Source: Candidatus Hydrogenedentota bacterium (GTDB lineage Bacteria > Hydrogenedentota > Hydrogenedentia > Hydrogenedentales > SLHB01). From it: a stretch of DNA of 39,072 nt. The DNA is taken from the NCBI GenBank assembly GCA_034408725.1, contig JAWXCN010000144.1, forward strand, positions 1 to 39,072, in the 5' to 3' direction. The notes under the pieces are model-generated. The model was not told the origin of the DNA. It worked only from the letters and a program-made list of their open reading frames with translations, and did not search any database. Each line of letters opens with the position of its first letter. The first letter of the stretch is position 1. The position numbers and the translations under genes are program-made. Below are positions 8,485-18,657 of the stretch, piece by piece.

Positions 8485-10524
8485 CTGAACACACGCCATT
8501 TGCGCGCCCCCGGCCTGCAACCCGTCGCGATCTTTTTGGTCGCGCTATCGCTTTCCATCGGCTGGGGCATTCGCGGAAACTTCGGACACAACGAAGGCGC
8601 GATGATCCCCGGGGCGTTGGCGGGTATCGCGGCGTGCCTTGTATCGGGCCGGGAAGACTGGTGGCGGCGCGTTGCGTACTTCGGAATGTTCGGCGCAATC
8701 GGCTGGTGGTTCGGCGGCTCGATCTCGTACATGCAGGTAGTTTCGTACACGCACAGCGGGCACGCGCCATCGCAACTCTACGGTTTCGCGGCCTTGTGGT
8801 TAGTTGGTTTTCTGTGGGCGGGATTTGGCGGAGCATTCACGGCGATGCCCGCCGTTGCGGATCGAAAGTGGCTCACCGATCTGTTCATTCCGATTACCAT
8901 CATTTTGGGGTTGTGGACAATTTGGGTGTACTCCGAAGTGCCCGCGATCACTGCATACCGGGAATACATTTGGCTCGAAGACCCGAAGGCGTTCAACAAA
9001 ACCGGGCACCGGCAGGAAAACCCATTTTACTGGTTCGATACCGATTGGATTCTTGCGGTGCTCGTGCTGATTGGCATGTGCGCCTACGATCTCTGGGACC
9101 GCCGCGGCAAGGCGCTTACGCACCTGCTCATTCCCCCGCTCGCCGCATCGGGCGCGGCACTCGGCTTTCTGGTGCAGACGGTCCTCACCCGGAACGGCTC
9201 GATCAATGACCTAACGTCGCGGCTGGTTGCATATCAGGGCGATCTCACAAGTTTCAATAAAGACGACTTGCTTACAAACTGGCCGCAGTTCCTCTCGGAC
9301 TTTCCGCAGCACGTGGGTTGGGCACTTGGACTCATTGCCGGGCTTGCGGTGTATTTCGCAATTTTTGGAAAATTCCGGTCCGGCACATCGCTGTTTGTAC
9401 ACATGGCCTGCGGCTGGCTCATTGCATTTATCCTTGGCCCGGTATTGCTGACGACGGTGCTGATGGACGTTGGCGGCTTCCGATTGACTCCTCCCCGCAG
9501 TGACGATTGGGCGGGAATGGCCGGCGCGTTTCTGGGTCTGCTCGTGTACACATTGCGTAACAGGTTACACGCCGTTGCATTCGCGTCGGTCGTCAGCGGT
9601 GTGATCGGAGGCATCGGATTCGCCGGCATGGTATGTCTCAAACTTATATTTGTATGGCCGGGCAACCGCGAACGGTTGAACCCCGAACATCTCGATCCAA
9701 GTCCAACCGCCGCCATCGAAGCTGTCTGGGCGCATTGGCAGGTCGCGAACTGGCACAGCGTGCTCGAACAAACATACGGATTCGTGAATGGCATCGGTAT
9801 TGCCATCGCGCTCGGCTTGTTGGCAACGCGCGTGCCGCGCATCAACACAACGGAGCATGTCGCAAAATTTCGCGCGTGGACTTCGGTATACGCAGTGTCT
9901 TTTGTGCTGCTGTTCGTGATGTATCTGAATCTGTATAAGAACGTGCCCCACTGGGTAGGATACAAACTGGCGCCGGCGGTCATGAAGGCGCCATTGTTCG
10001 GGAGCATTGAGTTCGCGGCCGCGACCTGGTTCAATTTAACTTTCGCGATTTTTGGCGTCGCAATGGTGTACCTGATGCTTGCGCATCAAAAGCGTTCGAT
10101 TTCTCTTGTCCCAGCGACCGCGACGGGCAAGGGCCAACTATTCTTTCTGGTGCTGCTTTGGATGATAGTCATCGGAAACTTCGAACGTGCCCTGCCGGGA
10201 TTCAGCGAACAGCGCCTGATCACCGAATGGGTAATCATTGTGAACGCCGTAATTGCTACAGTGATGATCCTAACCTTGCCGCGCGAGGAGGACGCGTGCG
10301 ACATTAGACCAACGACGAAGTTTTTATCGTTGCTCGGGTTCGCCGCTATGGGAGGTCTCGTCGCATCATGCCTCGTCGTAGCCGCGAGCTTTGGAATCGT
10401 GCGCGGCTTGTACGGCGGTGCATTCGCGGGCCACGCTGGATTCGAAGGGAAACCGCAAACCCGGTTCGGCGATACCCCTGAATGGAGCGTGCGGCCAAAC
10501 CTGCGAAAGGGCGAGCATTCGTAG
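8485..10524 (+). CDS. Large polytopic membrane protein of unknown function
   Basis: Many Gly-rich TM helices and the conserved-looking motifs IGWGIRGNFGHNEGAMIPGAL, FGGSISYMQ, NWHSVLEQTYGF. The start is uncertain: AAGGAG at 8471-8476 fits CTG 8485; alternatives are 8410 and TTG 8500. Confidence 0.8.
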   Translation: MNTRHLRAPGLQPVAIFLVALSLSIGWGIRGNFGHNEGAMIPGALAGIAACLVSGREDWWRRVAYFGMFGAIGWWFGGSISYMQVVSYTHSGHAPSQLYGFAALWLVGFLWAGFGGAFTAMPAVADRKWLTDLFIPITIILGLWTIWVYSEVPAITAYREYIWLEDPKAFNKTGHRQENPFYWFDTDWILAVLVLIGMCAYDLWDRRGKALTHLLIPPLAASGAALGFLVQTVLTRNGSINDLTSRLVAYQGDLTSFNKDDLLTNWPQFLSDFPQHVGWALGLIAGLAVYFAIFGKFRSGTSLFVHMACGWLIAFILGPVLLTTVLMDVGGFRLTPPRSDDWAGMAGAFLGLLVYTLRNRLHAVAFASVVSGVIGGIGFAGMVCLKLIFVWPGNRERLNPEHLDPSPTAAIEAVWAHWQVANWHSVLEQTYGFVNGIGIAIALGLLATRVPRINTTEHVAKFRAWTSVYAVSFVLLFVMYLNLYKNVPHWVGYKLAPAVMKAPLFGSIEFAAATWFNLTFAIFGVAMVYLMLAHQKRSISLVPATATGKGQLFFLVLLWMIVIGNFERALPGFSEQRLITEWVIIVNAVIATVMILTLPREEDACDIRPTTKFLSLLGFAAMGGLVASCLVVAASFGIVRGLYGGAFAGHAGFEGKPQTRFGDTPEWSVRPNLRKGEHS

Positions 10525-10540
10525 CCGAGCGTCTTCAAGG

Positions 10541-10569
10541 TTGCCTCGCTGCTTCACCGCAAGTACAAT
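10541..10569 (+). promoter_or_regulatory. Sigma70-type promoter of the liv operon
   Basis: TTGCCT (10541-10546), 17 nt, TACAAT (10564-10569), about 50 nt upstream of the livK ATG. Confidence 0.55.
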
Positions 10570-10617
10570 CGTCCGTGAGTGTCTTGGGTTGGTCTCGACA
10601 GAACGGCGGGTGGAAAA

Positions 10618-11853
10618 ATGCGGACAGGGTTCATCGTAGGATTGTTAGGTCTCGCAATGCTCTCGGGATGCGATTCCGGCGGTCCCTCACAACCGGGCAA
10701 CGAAAACGCGCCGTCAGATTCGGGAAACCGAAACGTCATCAAAATTGTTTCCAGCCTGCCGCATACGGGCAGCGCCAACGCGCAAATCACAACCATCGTC
10801 AACGGAATTAAGCTCGCCATCGACGAGGCCGGCGGCAAAGTCGGCGATTTCACAATCGAGTTTGAAGCGTGGGATGACGCATCGCCGGAGCGCGGACAAT
10901 GGGACCCGGCAGTCGAACTTGCGAACGCGCAGAAAGCGGTCGCCGATCCCGACGTCATGGCGTATATCGGCACGTTCAATTCCGGTGCGGCGAAAAATTC
11001 GATGCCCATCCTGAACAAGGCGGGCCTGCTCATGGTGAGTCCCGCGAACACCTGGCCGGGTCTGACCAAGCCGGGCGTGGGCGAAGCGAACGAACCGATG
11101 ATCTACCGGCCATCGGGAAAGATAACCTACTACCGCGTTGTCCCCGCTGACGATATTCAAGGGCTAGTCGCCGCGCAATGGGCGAAAGAACTGGGTTGCA
11201 CACGGGTATACGTGTTGCATGATCGCGAGTTGTACGGCAAAGGCATCGCGACGATGTTCCAGGAATCGAGCGGGCCGCTGGGCCTCGAAATCGTTGGGGT
11301 AGACGGTATCGATCCGAAAGCATCGAATTACCGTTCGCTCGTGACCAAGATTAAACAAACGAATCCCGAACTGGTGTATTTCGGCGGCACCACGCAAACC
11401 AATGCCGGACAGATCGCCAAGGACCTGCGTGCTGGCGGTCTGGACGTGAAGTTCATGGTGCCAGACGGATGCTTCGAAGACGCGTTCATCGAATCGGCTG
11501 GCGCGGCGAACCTGGAGGGCAACACGTTCATCACGTTCGGCGGTTTGCCCGCCGACAAGTTGACCGGCAAGGGCGCTGAGTATTACGAGAACTACAAAAA
11601 GAAATACAACAACGAACCCCAGGCATACTCCGCCTACGGCTATGAAAGCGCGCGCGCGGTGCTCGAAGCAATCCGCATCGCGGGCAAAAAAGATCGCGAT
11701 GCCATCTCGGCGGCCTGCGGCCAGATTAAGGATTTCGACGGTTTGCTGGGCAAGTGGTCGTTTGACGAGAATGGCGACATCACCACAAAAACGCTGAGTG
11801 GAAACACCGTCAAAAACGGTAAGTTCGAGTTTGTGAAAATTCTGGGCCAGTAA
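10618..11853 (+). CDS. livK: Branched-chain amino acid ABC transporter substrate-binding lipoprotein (LivK/LivJ family)
   Basis: Lipobox LSGC after the ATG at 10618. Motifs IGTFNSG, SPANT.P.LT, RVVPADDIQG, YGKG, YGYE. First gene of the operon. Confidence 0.9.
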   Translation: MRTGFIVGLLGLAMLSGCDSGGPSQPGNENAPSDSGNRNVIKIVSSLPHTGSANAQITTIVNGIKLAIDEAGGKVGDFTIEFEAWDDASPERGQWDPAVELANAQKAVADPDVMAYIGTFNSGAAKNSMPILNKAGLLMVSPANTWPGLTKPGVGEANEPMIYRPSGKITYYRVVPADDIQGLVAAQWAKELGCTRVYVLHDRELYGKGIATMFQESSGPLGLEIVGVDGIDPKASNYRSLVTKIKQTNPELVYFGGTTQTNAGQIAKDLRAGGLDVKFMVPDGCFEDAFIESAGAANLEGNTFITFGGLPADKLTGKGAEYYENYKKKYNNEPQAYSAYGYESARAVLEAIRIAGKKDRDAISAACGQIKDFDGLLGKWSFDENGDITTKTLSGNTVKNGKFEFVKILGQ

Positions 11854-11875
11854 TGGGGAACGGGCCCGCGAAACG

Positions 11876-12838
11876 ATGACCAATACCGAGGTACTTCTTC
11901 AACAACTGATCATCGGCCTGTCAAACGGGATGATCATCGCGCTGATCGCCCTTGGATACACGATGGTGTACGGCATCGTCGAGCTCATTAATTTTGCGCA
12001 CGGCGACCTGTTCATGCTGGGCTCGTTCCTCGCCCTCACCATCGTCGGCATGCTCGGCCTCGACCAGGTGCCTGAACCCGCGCTCATTTCCTGGGGCTTC
12101 GTTCCACTTCTCATCGCGGTTCCACTGTTTTGCGGAATATTGAATTGGGGTGTCGACCGTCTGGCGTATCGGCCATTGCGGAACGCGCCACGGCTTGCGC
12201 CCCTTGTGTCAGCGATAGGCGTGTCATTCGTATTCGTGAACATCGGCCTGTTCTGGGGCGGACTTCGGATGGACGTGTTCAACGATGGCGTCGCCGCGGC
12301 GTCCCCGAAAGATTTCCCGTGGATTGTCGCCAGCGGGAATCTACTCGGCGAAGCGAGTAACATCATTGTCACCTGGAACGAAGTCTTCGTTTTCGGCATT
12401 ACGCTGCCGCTGATGATCGCATTGACGCTGGCGGTAAAATTCACGCGTATCGGCAAGGCCATGCGCGCCGTCGCGCAAAATCCTACCGCGGCGCAATTAA
12501 TGGGAATCGATGTGGACCGAGTAATCGGCGCGACATTTTTGATCGGAGGCGCGCTTGCGGGCGCTGCCAGCGTTGTCTATTCCTCGTACAACCACACGAT
12601 CTATTTTCAGATGGGGTTCCGCGTAGGCATGGATGCATTCACCGCCGCCGTGCTCGGCGGCATTGGCAGTTTACCGGGCGCTCTGCTTGGCGGGCTTGTC
12701 ATCGGGATCATTCGCGCGATGAGCGATCAGTATATCGCCACGGAATGGACGAACGTCGTCGTGTTCGCCATCCTCATTATCGTGCTCACGTTCCGGCCTT
12801 CGGGACTTCTCGGTGCGCCCGCGCGCGAAAAGGTCTAG
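11876..12838 (+). CDS. livH: Branched-chain amino acid ABC transporter permease
   Basis: ALIALGYTMVYGIVELINFAHG, GKAMRAVAQN, AFTAAVLGGIGS, FRPSGLLG. Confidence 0.95.
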   Translation: MTNTEVLLQQLIIGLSNGMIIALIALGYTMVYGIVELINFAHGDLFMLGSFLALTIVGMLGLDQVPEPALISWGFVPLLIAVPLFCGILNWGVDRLAYRPLRNAPRLAPLVSAIGVSFVFVNIGLFWGGLRMDVFNDGVAAASPKDFPWIVASGNLLGEASNIIVTWNEVFVFGITLPLMIALTLAVKFTRIGKAMRAVAQNPTAAQLMGIDVDRVIGATFLIGGALAGAASVVYSSYNHTIYFQMGFRVGMDAFTAAVLGGIGSLPGALLGGLVIGIIRAMSDQYIATEWTNVVVFAILIIVLTFRPSGLLGAPAREKV

Positions 12839-12844
12839 CCCGCG

Positions 12845-13927
12845 ATGCTCGACGTCATTCGGCGCGTTCTTGTGCTGCGGGCCGGTTGGTTTCTGCTGGC
12901 TATTGCTTTGGTGCTCCCGTTGGTCGATGGATTTCTGCCGCGCGAATACCAATTCGCGGGATTGATGCGTCCGATCTTCATTCTGGCGATTCTCGGACTG
13001 GGATTGAACGTCGTGACGGGGTACACCGGCCTGCTGAACCTGGGTCTCGCCGCGTTTATGGCCATCGGCGCATACAGCTATGGCATTCTCACCTGCGACA
13101 TTTATCCCTTTCAGCTTGGGTTCTGGACCGCGCTCACATTAACCATCGGCATAGGCGCGCTCGCCGGCATCGTGCTCGGCTTGCCCACCATTCGGCTGCG
13201 CGGAGATTATCTTGCGATTGTGACACTGGGCTTCGGCGAGATGATGCAGGACTCGTTGAAGAATCTCGAAAGCATCACGCAAGGAACCCAGGGCATTAAC
13301 CCGCTTCCCTCCCCCACACTGTTCGGCTACCAATTCTCGACTGAGATCTGGGTTCCCTGGTATTACCTCTTGCTCGCCCTGCTCGCGGCCGTCGTATTGT
13401 TCTCGCGCAATCTCGAACATTCGCGCGTGGGCCGCTCGTGGATCGCGATCCGCGAAGACGAAATCGCCGCGACCTGCATGGGCGTGAATCCTGTAAAAGT
13501 AAAGCTGCTCGCGTTTTCCGTCGGCGCTGCGCTTGCCGCTATGTCCGGTGCGCTGTGGGCCTCCTATCTCGGCTCAACCGGCGAACCCAGCAACTACGAC
13601 TTTCAGATTTCGATCATCGCGCTTTGCATGGTCATTATCGGCGGCATGGGCAATATCAGCGGCGTGTTGCTTGGCGCCGTCGTGATGATCGGCTTCAACT
13701 CGATCATACTCGTAAAGCTCACAACGATACTCGCGCAGAAGGGTCTCATCGACACGCAAAATGTGCTGACCGTGCCAAGCAATTGGAAGTATATGATCTT
13801 CGGGTTCGCGCTCATTCTCACAATGCGCTTCAAGCCAGAAGGCCTGTTGCCGTCGCGCCAGGTGCAGGCGGAACTTCATGAAATGCAGGAAGACGCGCGC
13901 GCGCGCAAAAAGAATTGCGCCAAATGA
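12845..13927 (+). CDS. livM: Branched-chain amino acid ABC transporter permease
   Basis: GLNVVTGYTGLLNLG, RLRGDYLAIVTLGFGE, GRSWIAIREDE, KPEGL. Confidence 0.95.
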   Translation: MLDVIRRVLVLRAGWFLLAIALVLPLVDGFLPREYQFAGLMRPIFILAILGLGLNVVTGYTGLLNLGLAAFMAIGAYSYGILTCDIYPFQLGFWTALTLTIGIGALAGIVLGLPTIRLRGDYLAIVTLGFGEMMQDSLKNLESITQGTQGINPLPSPTLFGYQFSTEIWVPWYYLLLALLAAVVLFSRNLEHSRVGRSWIAIREDEIAATCMGVNPVKVKLLAFSVGAALAAMSGALWASYLGSTGEPSNYDFQISIIALCMVIIGGMGNISGVLLGAVVMIGFNSIILVKLTTILAQKGLIDTQNVLTVPSNWKYMIFGFALILTMRFKPEGLLPSRQVQAELHEMQEDARARKKNCAK

Positions 13928-14952
13928 GCATCCTCCACGTTCAAAATCTAACGCTGCGCTTCGGCGGTCTGACCGCGGTGAACAAAGTCAACTTTGAAGT
14001 CGAGCGTGGCCAGATTTTTTCGGTGATTGGCCCCAACGGCGCGGGTAAGACGACGGTGTTTAACGCGATCACCGGCATCTACGAACCAACCGAGGGCGCG
14101 GTGTTGATCAATGGTCGGCCCGGTATGCGGCCCGTTACGGCGCCAACCATCATCGGAATCCTTGCTATTGGCTTGTTAACGGCAATCGGTTTCACGATAG
14201 CCGTCAACGCCGAAACTCTATGGGACGCGTCAATCACCGCGAACTATATTTATCAACAGTCCTTCCCGTGGGGAAAGGCGGCGGGTGACGCCTTGGCATT
14301 TCTTCGAGCGCTTCCGCGGAACTGGAGCGTGCTCCCCGCGATAGGGGGATTGTTCGTCGGCTTGGCCGGGGCCACCTCGGTGTGGCGCCGCGCGCGGCGC
14401 ACGCCGGACGTTGTCGCGCGCCAAGGAGTCGGGCGCACGTTTCAGAATCCGCGTCTGTTTCATCAGATGACCGTGATGGAAAATGTGCTTGTGGGCATGG
14501 ACACGAAGCTGCGCTCGCGATTTTGGCACGCCGCAAGCCGCCTGGGATTTCGCAAGGAGCACAACAAGGCCGTCGAAAAGGCCATGGCGCTCCTTGAATT
14601 CGTCGAACTGGATGATGACGCAAGCGCCGCGGCATCATGCTTGTCCTATGGCCACCAGAGGCGGCTCGAGATTGCGCGCGCGTTGGCGAGCGAACCGGCG
14701 TTGCTATTGCTCGACGAGCCCGCCGCGGGCATGAACCCGGCCGAGTCCGTCGAGTTGATGGAATTGATTCGCAAGATTCGCGATCGCGGTGTCGCGGTTG
14801 TATTGATTGAACATCATATGAACCTCGTCATGGGTGTTTCCGACCGTATCGCCGTGCTCGATTACGGAAACAAGATCGCCGAAGGCACGCCCGACGAAAT
14901 CCAGGCCAACCCGGAAGTGCGCAAGGCTTATCTCGGAACGGAAGACGTCTGA
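13924..14952 (+). CDS. livG: Branched-chain amino acid ABC ATPase with an internal two-TM insertion
   Basis: Walker [11 protein letters not shown]-loop RTFQN, signature [15 protein letters not shown], Walker [11 protein letters not shown]-loop IEH, C-terminal AYLG. ATGA overlap with the livM stop. Confidence 0.92.
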   Translation: MSILHVQNLTLRFGGLTAVNKVNFEVERGQIFSVIGPNGAGKTTVFNAITGIYEPTEGAVLINGRPGMRPVTAPTIIGILAIGLLTAIGFTIAVNAETLWDASITANYIYQQSFPWGKAAGDALAFLRALPRNWSVLPAIGGLFVGLAGATSVWRRARRTPDVVARQGVGRTFQNPRLFHQMTVMENVLVGMDTKLRSRFWHAASRLGFRKEHNKAVEKAMALLEFVELDDDASAAASCLSYGHQRRLEIARALASEPALLLLDEPAAGMNPAESVELMELIRKIRDRGVAVVLIEHHMNLVMGVSDRIAVLDYGNKIAEGTPDEIQANPEVRKAYLGTEDV

Positions 14953-15674
14953 TGGCTTCACCGTTATTGTCGATAAAAGGTTTGTTCGCGGGCTACGGTC
15001 CAATCGAAGCGCTGAAAGGTGTCTCGCTCGACGTGAACCCCAGCGAAATCGTGACGCTCATTGGCGCGAACGGCGCGGGCAAATCATCCACGCTCATGTG
15101 CATTTCCGGCATCCAGCGTTCGCGCAAAGGCAGCATTCATTTCGACGGTGAGGATGTCACCAACGAAAAATCACACAGGCTCGTCGCGCGCGGGTTGGTC
15201 CAGGTGCCTGAAGGCCGGAAAATTTTCCCGAAACTGACCGTACTCGAGAACCTCGAACTGGGTGCGTACCTTCGGCGTGATCCAAACGGTGTCAAAGCCG
15301 ACATGGACAAGGTCTATGCCCTGTTTCCCATCCTGGGCGAACGCCGCAAACAATACGGCGGAACGCTTTCAGGCGGCGAGCAACAAATGCTCGCCATCGG
15401 CCGGGCGATTATGAGCAAACCAAAACTCCTGCTCATGGACGAGCCCTCGATGGGCGTCGCGCCGATCCTCACGGCTAAAATTTTCGAGACCATTCGCGAA
15501 CTCAACCGCGAAGGCATGACGATCCTCCTTGTAGAACAGAACGCTCACCTCGCCCTCAAGATCGCCCACCGTGGGTACGTCATCGAAACCGGCGAAATCG
15601 TGCTGGAAGACAAGGCCGCCGCGCTCCTCACCGATCCCCGGGTGAAGGAAGCCTACCTCGGCGATGAGGATTAG
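14952..15674 (+). CDS. livF: Branched-chain amino acid ABC ATPase
   Basis: GANGAGKS, VPEGRKIF, LSGGEQQMLAIGRA, DEPSMG, VEQN. TGATG overlap with livG. Confidence 0.95.
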   Translation: MASPLLSIKGLFAGYGPIEALKGVSLDVNPSEIVTLIGANGAGKSSTLMCISGIQRSRKGSIHFDGEDVTNEKSHRLVARGLVQVPEGRKIFPKLTVLENLELGAYLRRDPNGVKADMDKVYALFPILGERRKQYGGTLSGGEQQMLAIGRAIMSKPKLLLMDEPSMGVAPILTAKIFETIRELNREGMTILLVEQNAHLALKIAHRGYVIETGEIVLEDKAAALLTDPRVKEAYLGDED

Positions 15675-15817
15675 GACGCGTCATTCTCCATTCCCCTCAA
15701 TGGCGGAATTCAGGACAGCGTAAAAGAGATAGGCAGGTTCCGGTTGGAATACTATGCCCGACGACGGTTGTTGTTTAAGCGATTCATTCATTTCACCAAG
15801 TCTTGAGGTGTGACTCC

Positions 15818-16492
15818 ATGCAGCTTGGAATCGCTGCGGATGCCCATTCTGCCCGGCCTATTCAATCAATGGGTCCAACGCCAGAGCACTCCGACGCAAC
15901 CCTTGTGCTGGTTCATGGTCGAGGGGCAACGGCCGAGAATATCCTGTCGCTGTACGAGGAATTTGGATTGCCAACACTGGCCGCACTTGCTCCACAGGCG
16001 GCTGACTTTACATGGTATCCCCAATCCTTCCTCGCGCCGCTTGAGTTGAATCAACCTTTTCTCGACTCAGCGCTGAACCGGCTGGAGTCAATCGTTGCCG
16101 GCCTGATCGCCCGCGCAATTCCGGGCAGCCGGATCGCGCTTCTCGGATTTTCGCAAGGCGCATGCCTCACCTTGGAGTTTGCCGCCCGGCATCCCCGGCA
16201 CTATGGCGCGATCATTGGATTGACCGGAGGGCTCATCGGTCCGCCAGGCACACCGCGCGATTACGCGGGATCGTTGAAAAGAACACCAGTGTTTTTGGGA
16301 ACCAGCGACATTGATCCTCATGTTCCCCTCTCGCGCGTGCAGGAAACCGAAACGATTCTTGCGCGTATGGGAGCGGAGGTGGAGTTGCGCGTGTATCCGG
16401 GAATGGAGCACACCATTAACGAGGACGAGATGGACGCCTGCCGCGCAATACTGCAGACGCTCGTCTCCCAGGAGCGTGAAGCGCGTCCATGA
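15818..16492 (+). CDS. Phospholipase/carboxylesterase alpha/beta hydrolase, MhqD-like
   Basis: HGRG oxyanion motif, GFSQG nucleophile elbow, DPHVP, GMEH. GAGGTG RBS at 15805-15810. Confidence 0.88.
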   Translation: MQLGIAADAHSARPIQSMGPTPEHSDATLVLVHGRGATAENILSLYEEFGLPTLAALAPQAADFTWYPQSFLAPLELNQPFLDSALNRLESIVAGLIARAIPGSRIALLGFSQGACLTLEFAARHPRHYGAIIGLTGGLIGPPGTPRDYAGSLKRTPVFLGTSDIDPHVPLSRVQETETILARMGAEVELRVYPGMEHTINEDEMDACRAILQTLVSQEREARP

Positions 16493-16839
16493 AGATTACG
16501 CGCGTCTACGCCGACGAATTGGGCGAGAGTCATTTCGACGATGCCGAAATCAAATTGGAAGACGCAGGGACGATTGGCAGACTTTCCAAGCCAATTCCCG
16601 CGACAGCAGTCATCTTCCGGGAGAATGAACCCGGCTACGATTACGACTGGCATGTCGCGCCCCGGCGGCAATTTATCGTGCTGCTGGACGGAACCATCGA
16701 AATAGAGGCGTCCGACGGCGCGCGGCGAATATTTCGTGGCGGCGAGATTTTGCTGATGGAAGATGTCACCGGACGAGGCCATCGCACACGAAACGTCGAG
16801 CAGCGCGAGCGACGTTCCCTGTTCATTGCCATCGATTGA
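16489..16839 (+). CDS. Cupin-domain protein
   Basis: WHVAPRRQFIVLLDG and LMEDVTGRGHRT cupin motifs. ATGA overlap with the upstream gene. Confidence 0.8.
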   Translation: MKITRVYADELGESHFDDAEIKLEDAGTIGRLSKPIPATAVIFRENEPGYDYDWHVAPRRQFIVLLDGTIEIEASDGARRIFRGGEILLMEDVTGRGHRTRNVEQRERRSLFIAID

Positions 16840-16860
16840 CAAGCGAAATACGGAGCGCTC

Positions 16861-17811
16861 ATGAACGCAACGCTTTCAGGTATCCATCACGTCACCGCGA
16901 TCACCTCGGACGTGCAACAGAACATCGATTTCTACTGTGGCGTTCTCGGGCTGCGACTGGTCAAGCTCACAGTCAACTTCGATGACCCGAGCAGCTACCA
17001 CCTCTACTACGGCGATGAACTGGGACGTCCTGGAACTGTCATGACGTTTTTCGCGTGGGCCGGTGCGCGCCGCGGCGCCATTGGTCCCCCGCAGGTAACG
17101 ACTACGGCATTCGCAGTGCCTGTCGATGCAATCAATTATTGGTCATCGCGTTTGAAGCAATTCGGCGTTAGTAACGACGCACCGATAGAGCGCTTTTCCG
17201 AACCCGTTCTCCACATCACCGATCCGGATGGCTTGGGACTCGATATAGTTGGCGTCGAGAAACCAGGCGGACAACCGTGGACGGCGGGACCTGTACCGGT
17301 CGAACATGCGATTCAAGGTTTCCATGGCGTCACCATCTCCGAGGAAGGCTACGAAAGCACGGCGAATGTCCTAACAAAGTTAATGAACTTCACCGCGGAC
17401 GGCAACGATGGAAACCGCTTTCGTTACCGCGCCCAAGGCGATGGTTTCGCGGAGATTGTCGATTTTCTTTGCGTGCCGGACGGACGCGGAGGCGGCATGG
17501 GCGCCGGCGTAGTTCATCACGTGGCGTTTCGAACACCGGACCGGCCACAACAGGATGCGTGGCACAGTAACATCGTCCAGGCCGGACTAAACGTATCGCC
17601 AGTGATGGATCGAAACTATTTTCAATCGATCTACTTCCGCGAGCCAGGCGGTGTGTTGTTCGAGATCGCCACTGACGGTCCAGGATTTACCACTGACGAA
17701 CCTGCCGAACAACTCGGCGCAAAACTCATGCTGCCGAAAACACTCGAGCAACATAGAGCCAAAATCGAGAGCATTTTGCCAGCGGTACGGTTGCCCCTCA
17801 GTGAAAAATAA
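16861..17811 (+). CDS. Ring-cleaving dioxygenase, VOC family (MhqA/MhqE/MhqO/PcpA-like)
   Basis: GIHHVTAI, VKLTVNFDDP..YHLYYGD, VHHVAF, DRNYFQSIYFREPGGVLFEIATDGPGF. Confidence 0.92.
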   Translation: MNATLSGIHHVTAITSDVQQNIDFYCGVLGLRLVKLTVNFDDPSSYHLYYGDELGRPGTVMTFFAWAGARRGAIGPPQVTTTAFAVPVDAINYWSSRLKQFGVSNDAPIERFSEPVLHITDPDGLGLDIVGVEKPGGQPWTAGPVPVEHAIQGFHGVTISEEGYESTANVLTKLMNFTADGNDGNRFRYRAQGDGFAEIVDFLCVPDGRGGGMGAGVVHHVAFRTPDRPQQDAWHSNIVQAGLNVSPVMDRNYFQSIYFREPGGVLFEIATDGPGFTTDEPAEQLGAKLMLPKTLEQHRAKIESILPAVRLPLSEK

Positions 17812-17853
17812 AACGACCTTTCGTCGAAATAAGTAAACCCAAGGAGAAATGTT

Positions 17854-18657
17854 ATGAGGTCGCAGATCACAGATCGCATTATCGCTGGAACGGTAGTCGC
17901 ATTAGCTATTCTCATCGGTTTGATTTTTATTACCTACGACGGGCCTGCACGAGCGCAACAGCAAGACTCGGCATCCACCGCCGAGATACCAGGGCTATCA
18001 CGGCAACCCAGTGCTGCTGCCCGCGAAGTCCTTTTCGACGCGAATGACACGGCAGTGTTACTGCTCGATCATCAGACCGGCCTGTTCCAAACTGTGAAGG
18101 ATGTCCCGCTCCGCGATCTGCGGGTGAACACTGTGGTACTCGCCAAGATAGCCGAACTTGCCAAAGCGCCGATCATCTACACTGCATCGGAACCCAACGG
18201 CAGCAACGGACCAATTATGTCGGAGCTGGCCGCAGCCGCGCCGAACGCGCAGTACGTCGCGCGCAAAGGCGAGGTCAGCGCATGGGACAACGCCGACGTC
18301 GTCAAAGCCGTTGAAGCGACGGGCAAAAAAACACTGGTCATGGCAGGCGTATGGACGAGCGTCTGCGTCGCATTCCCTGCGCTCCAGGCCAAGGCGGACG
18401 GTTATAAGGTATACGCCGTCATGGACGCCTCAGGCGATATGAGCGAGATGGCTTCTCAAACCACCCTCGCCCGTATGACGCAGGCCGGCATTATTCCGGT
18501 GACGACTAATGTTGTGCTCTGTGAGTTTCAGCGGACGTGGAACCGTCCCGATGCAGCCCAGTGGGGCGAACTCTATGGAGAACTTGTGCCGCACTACCGC
18601 GCCGTCGCGGAGAGTTATAACAAAGCACAGGAAGTCGCGAAGAAGTCCCAGAAGTGA
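17854..18657 (+). CDS. YcaC-like isochorismatase-family cysteine hydrolase with an N-terminal signal or TM segment
   Basis: LLDHQTGL, RKGEVSAWDN, AGVWTSVCVAFPAL, VMDASG, QRTW. AAGGAG RBS. Hydrophobic N-terminus ending in ARA-Q. Confidence 0.88.
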   Translation: MRSQITDRIIAGTVVALAILIGLIFITYDGPARAQQQDSASTAEIPGLSRQPSAAAREVLFDANDTAVLLLDHQTGLFQTVKDVPLRDLRVNTVVLAKIAELAKAPIIYTASEPNGSNGPIMSELAAAAPNAQYVARKGEVSAWDNADVVKAVEATGKKTLVMAGVWTSVCVAFPALQAKADGYKVYAVMDASGDMSEMASQTTLARMTQAGIIPVTTNVVLCEFQRTWNRPDAAQWGELYGELVPHYRAVAESYNKAQEVAKKSQK

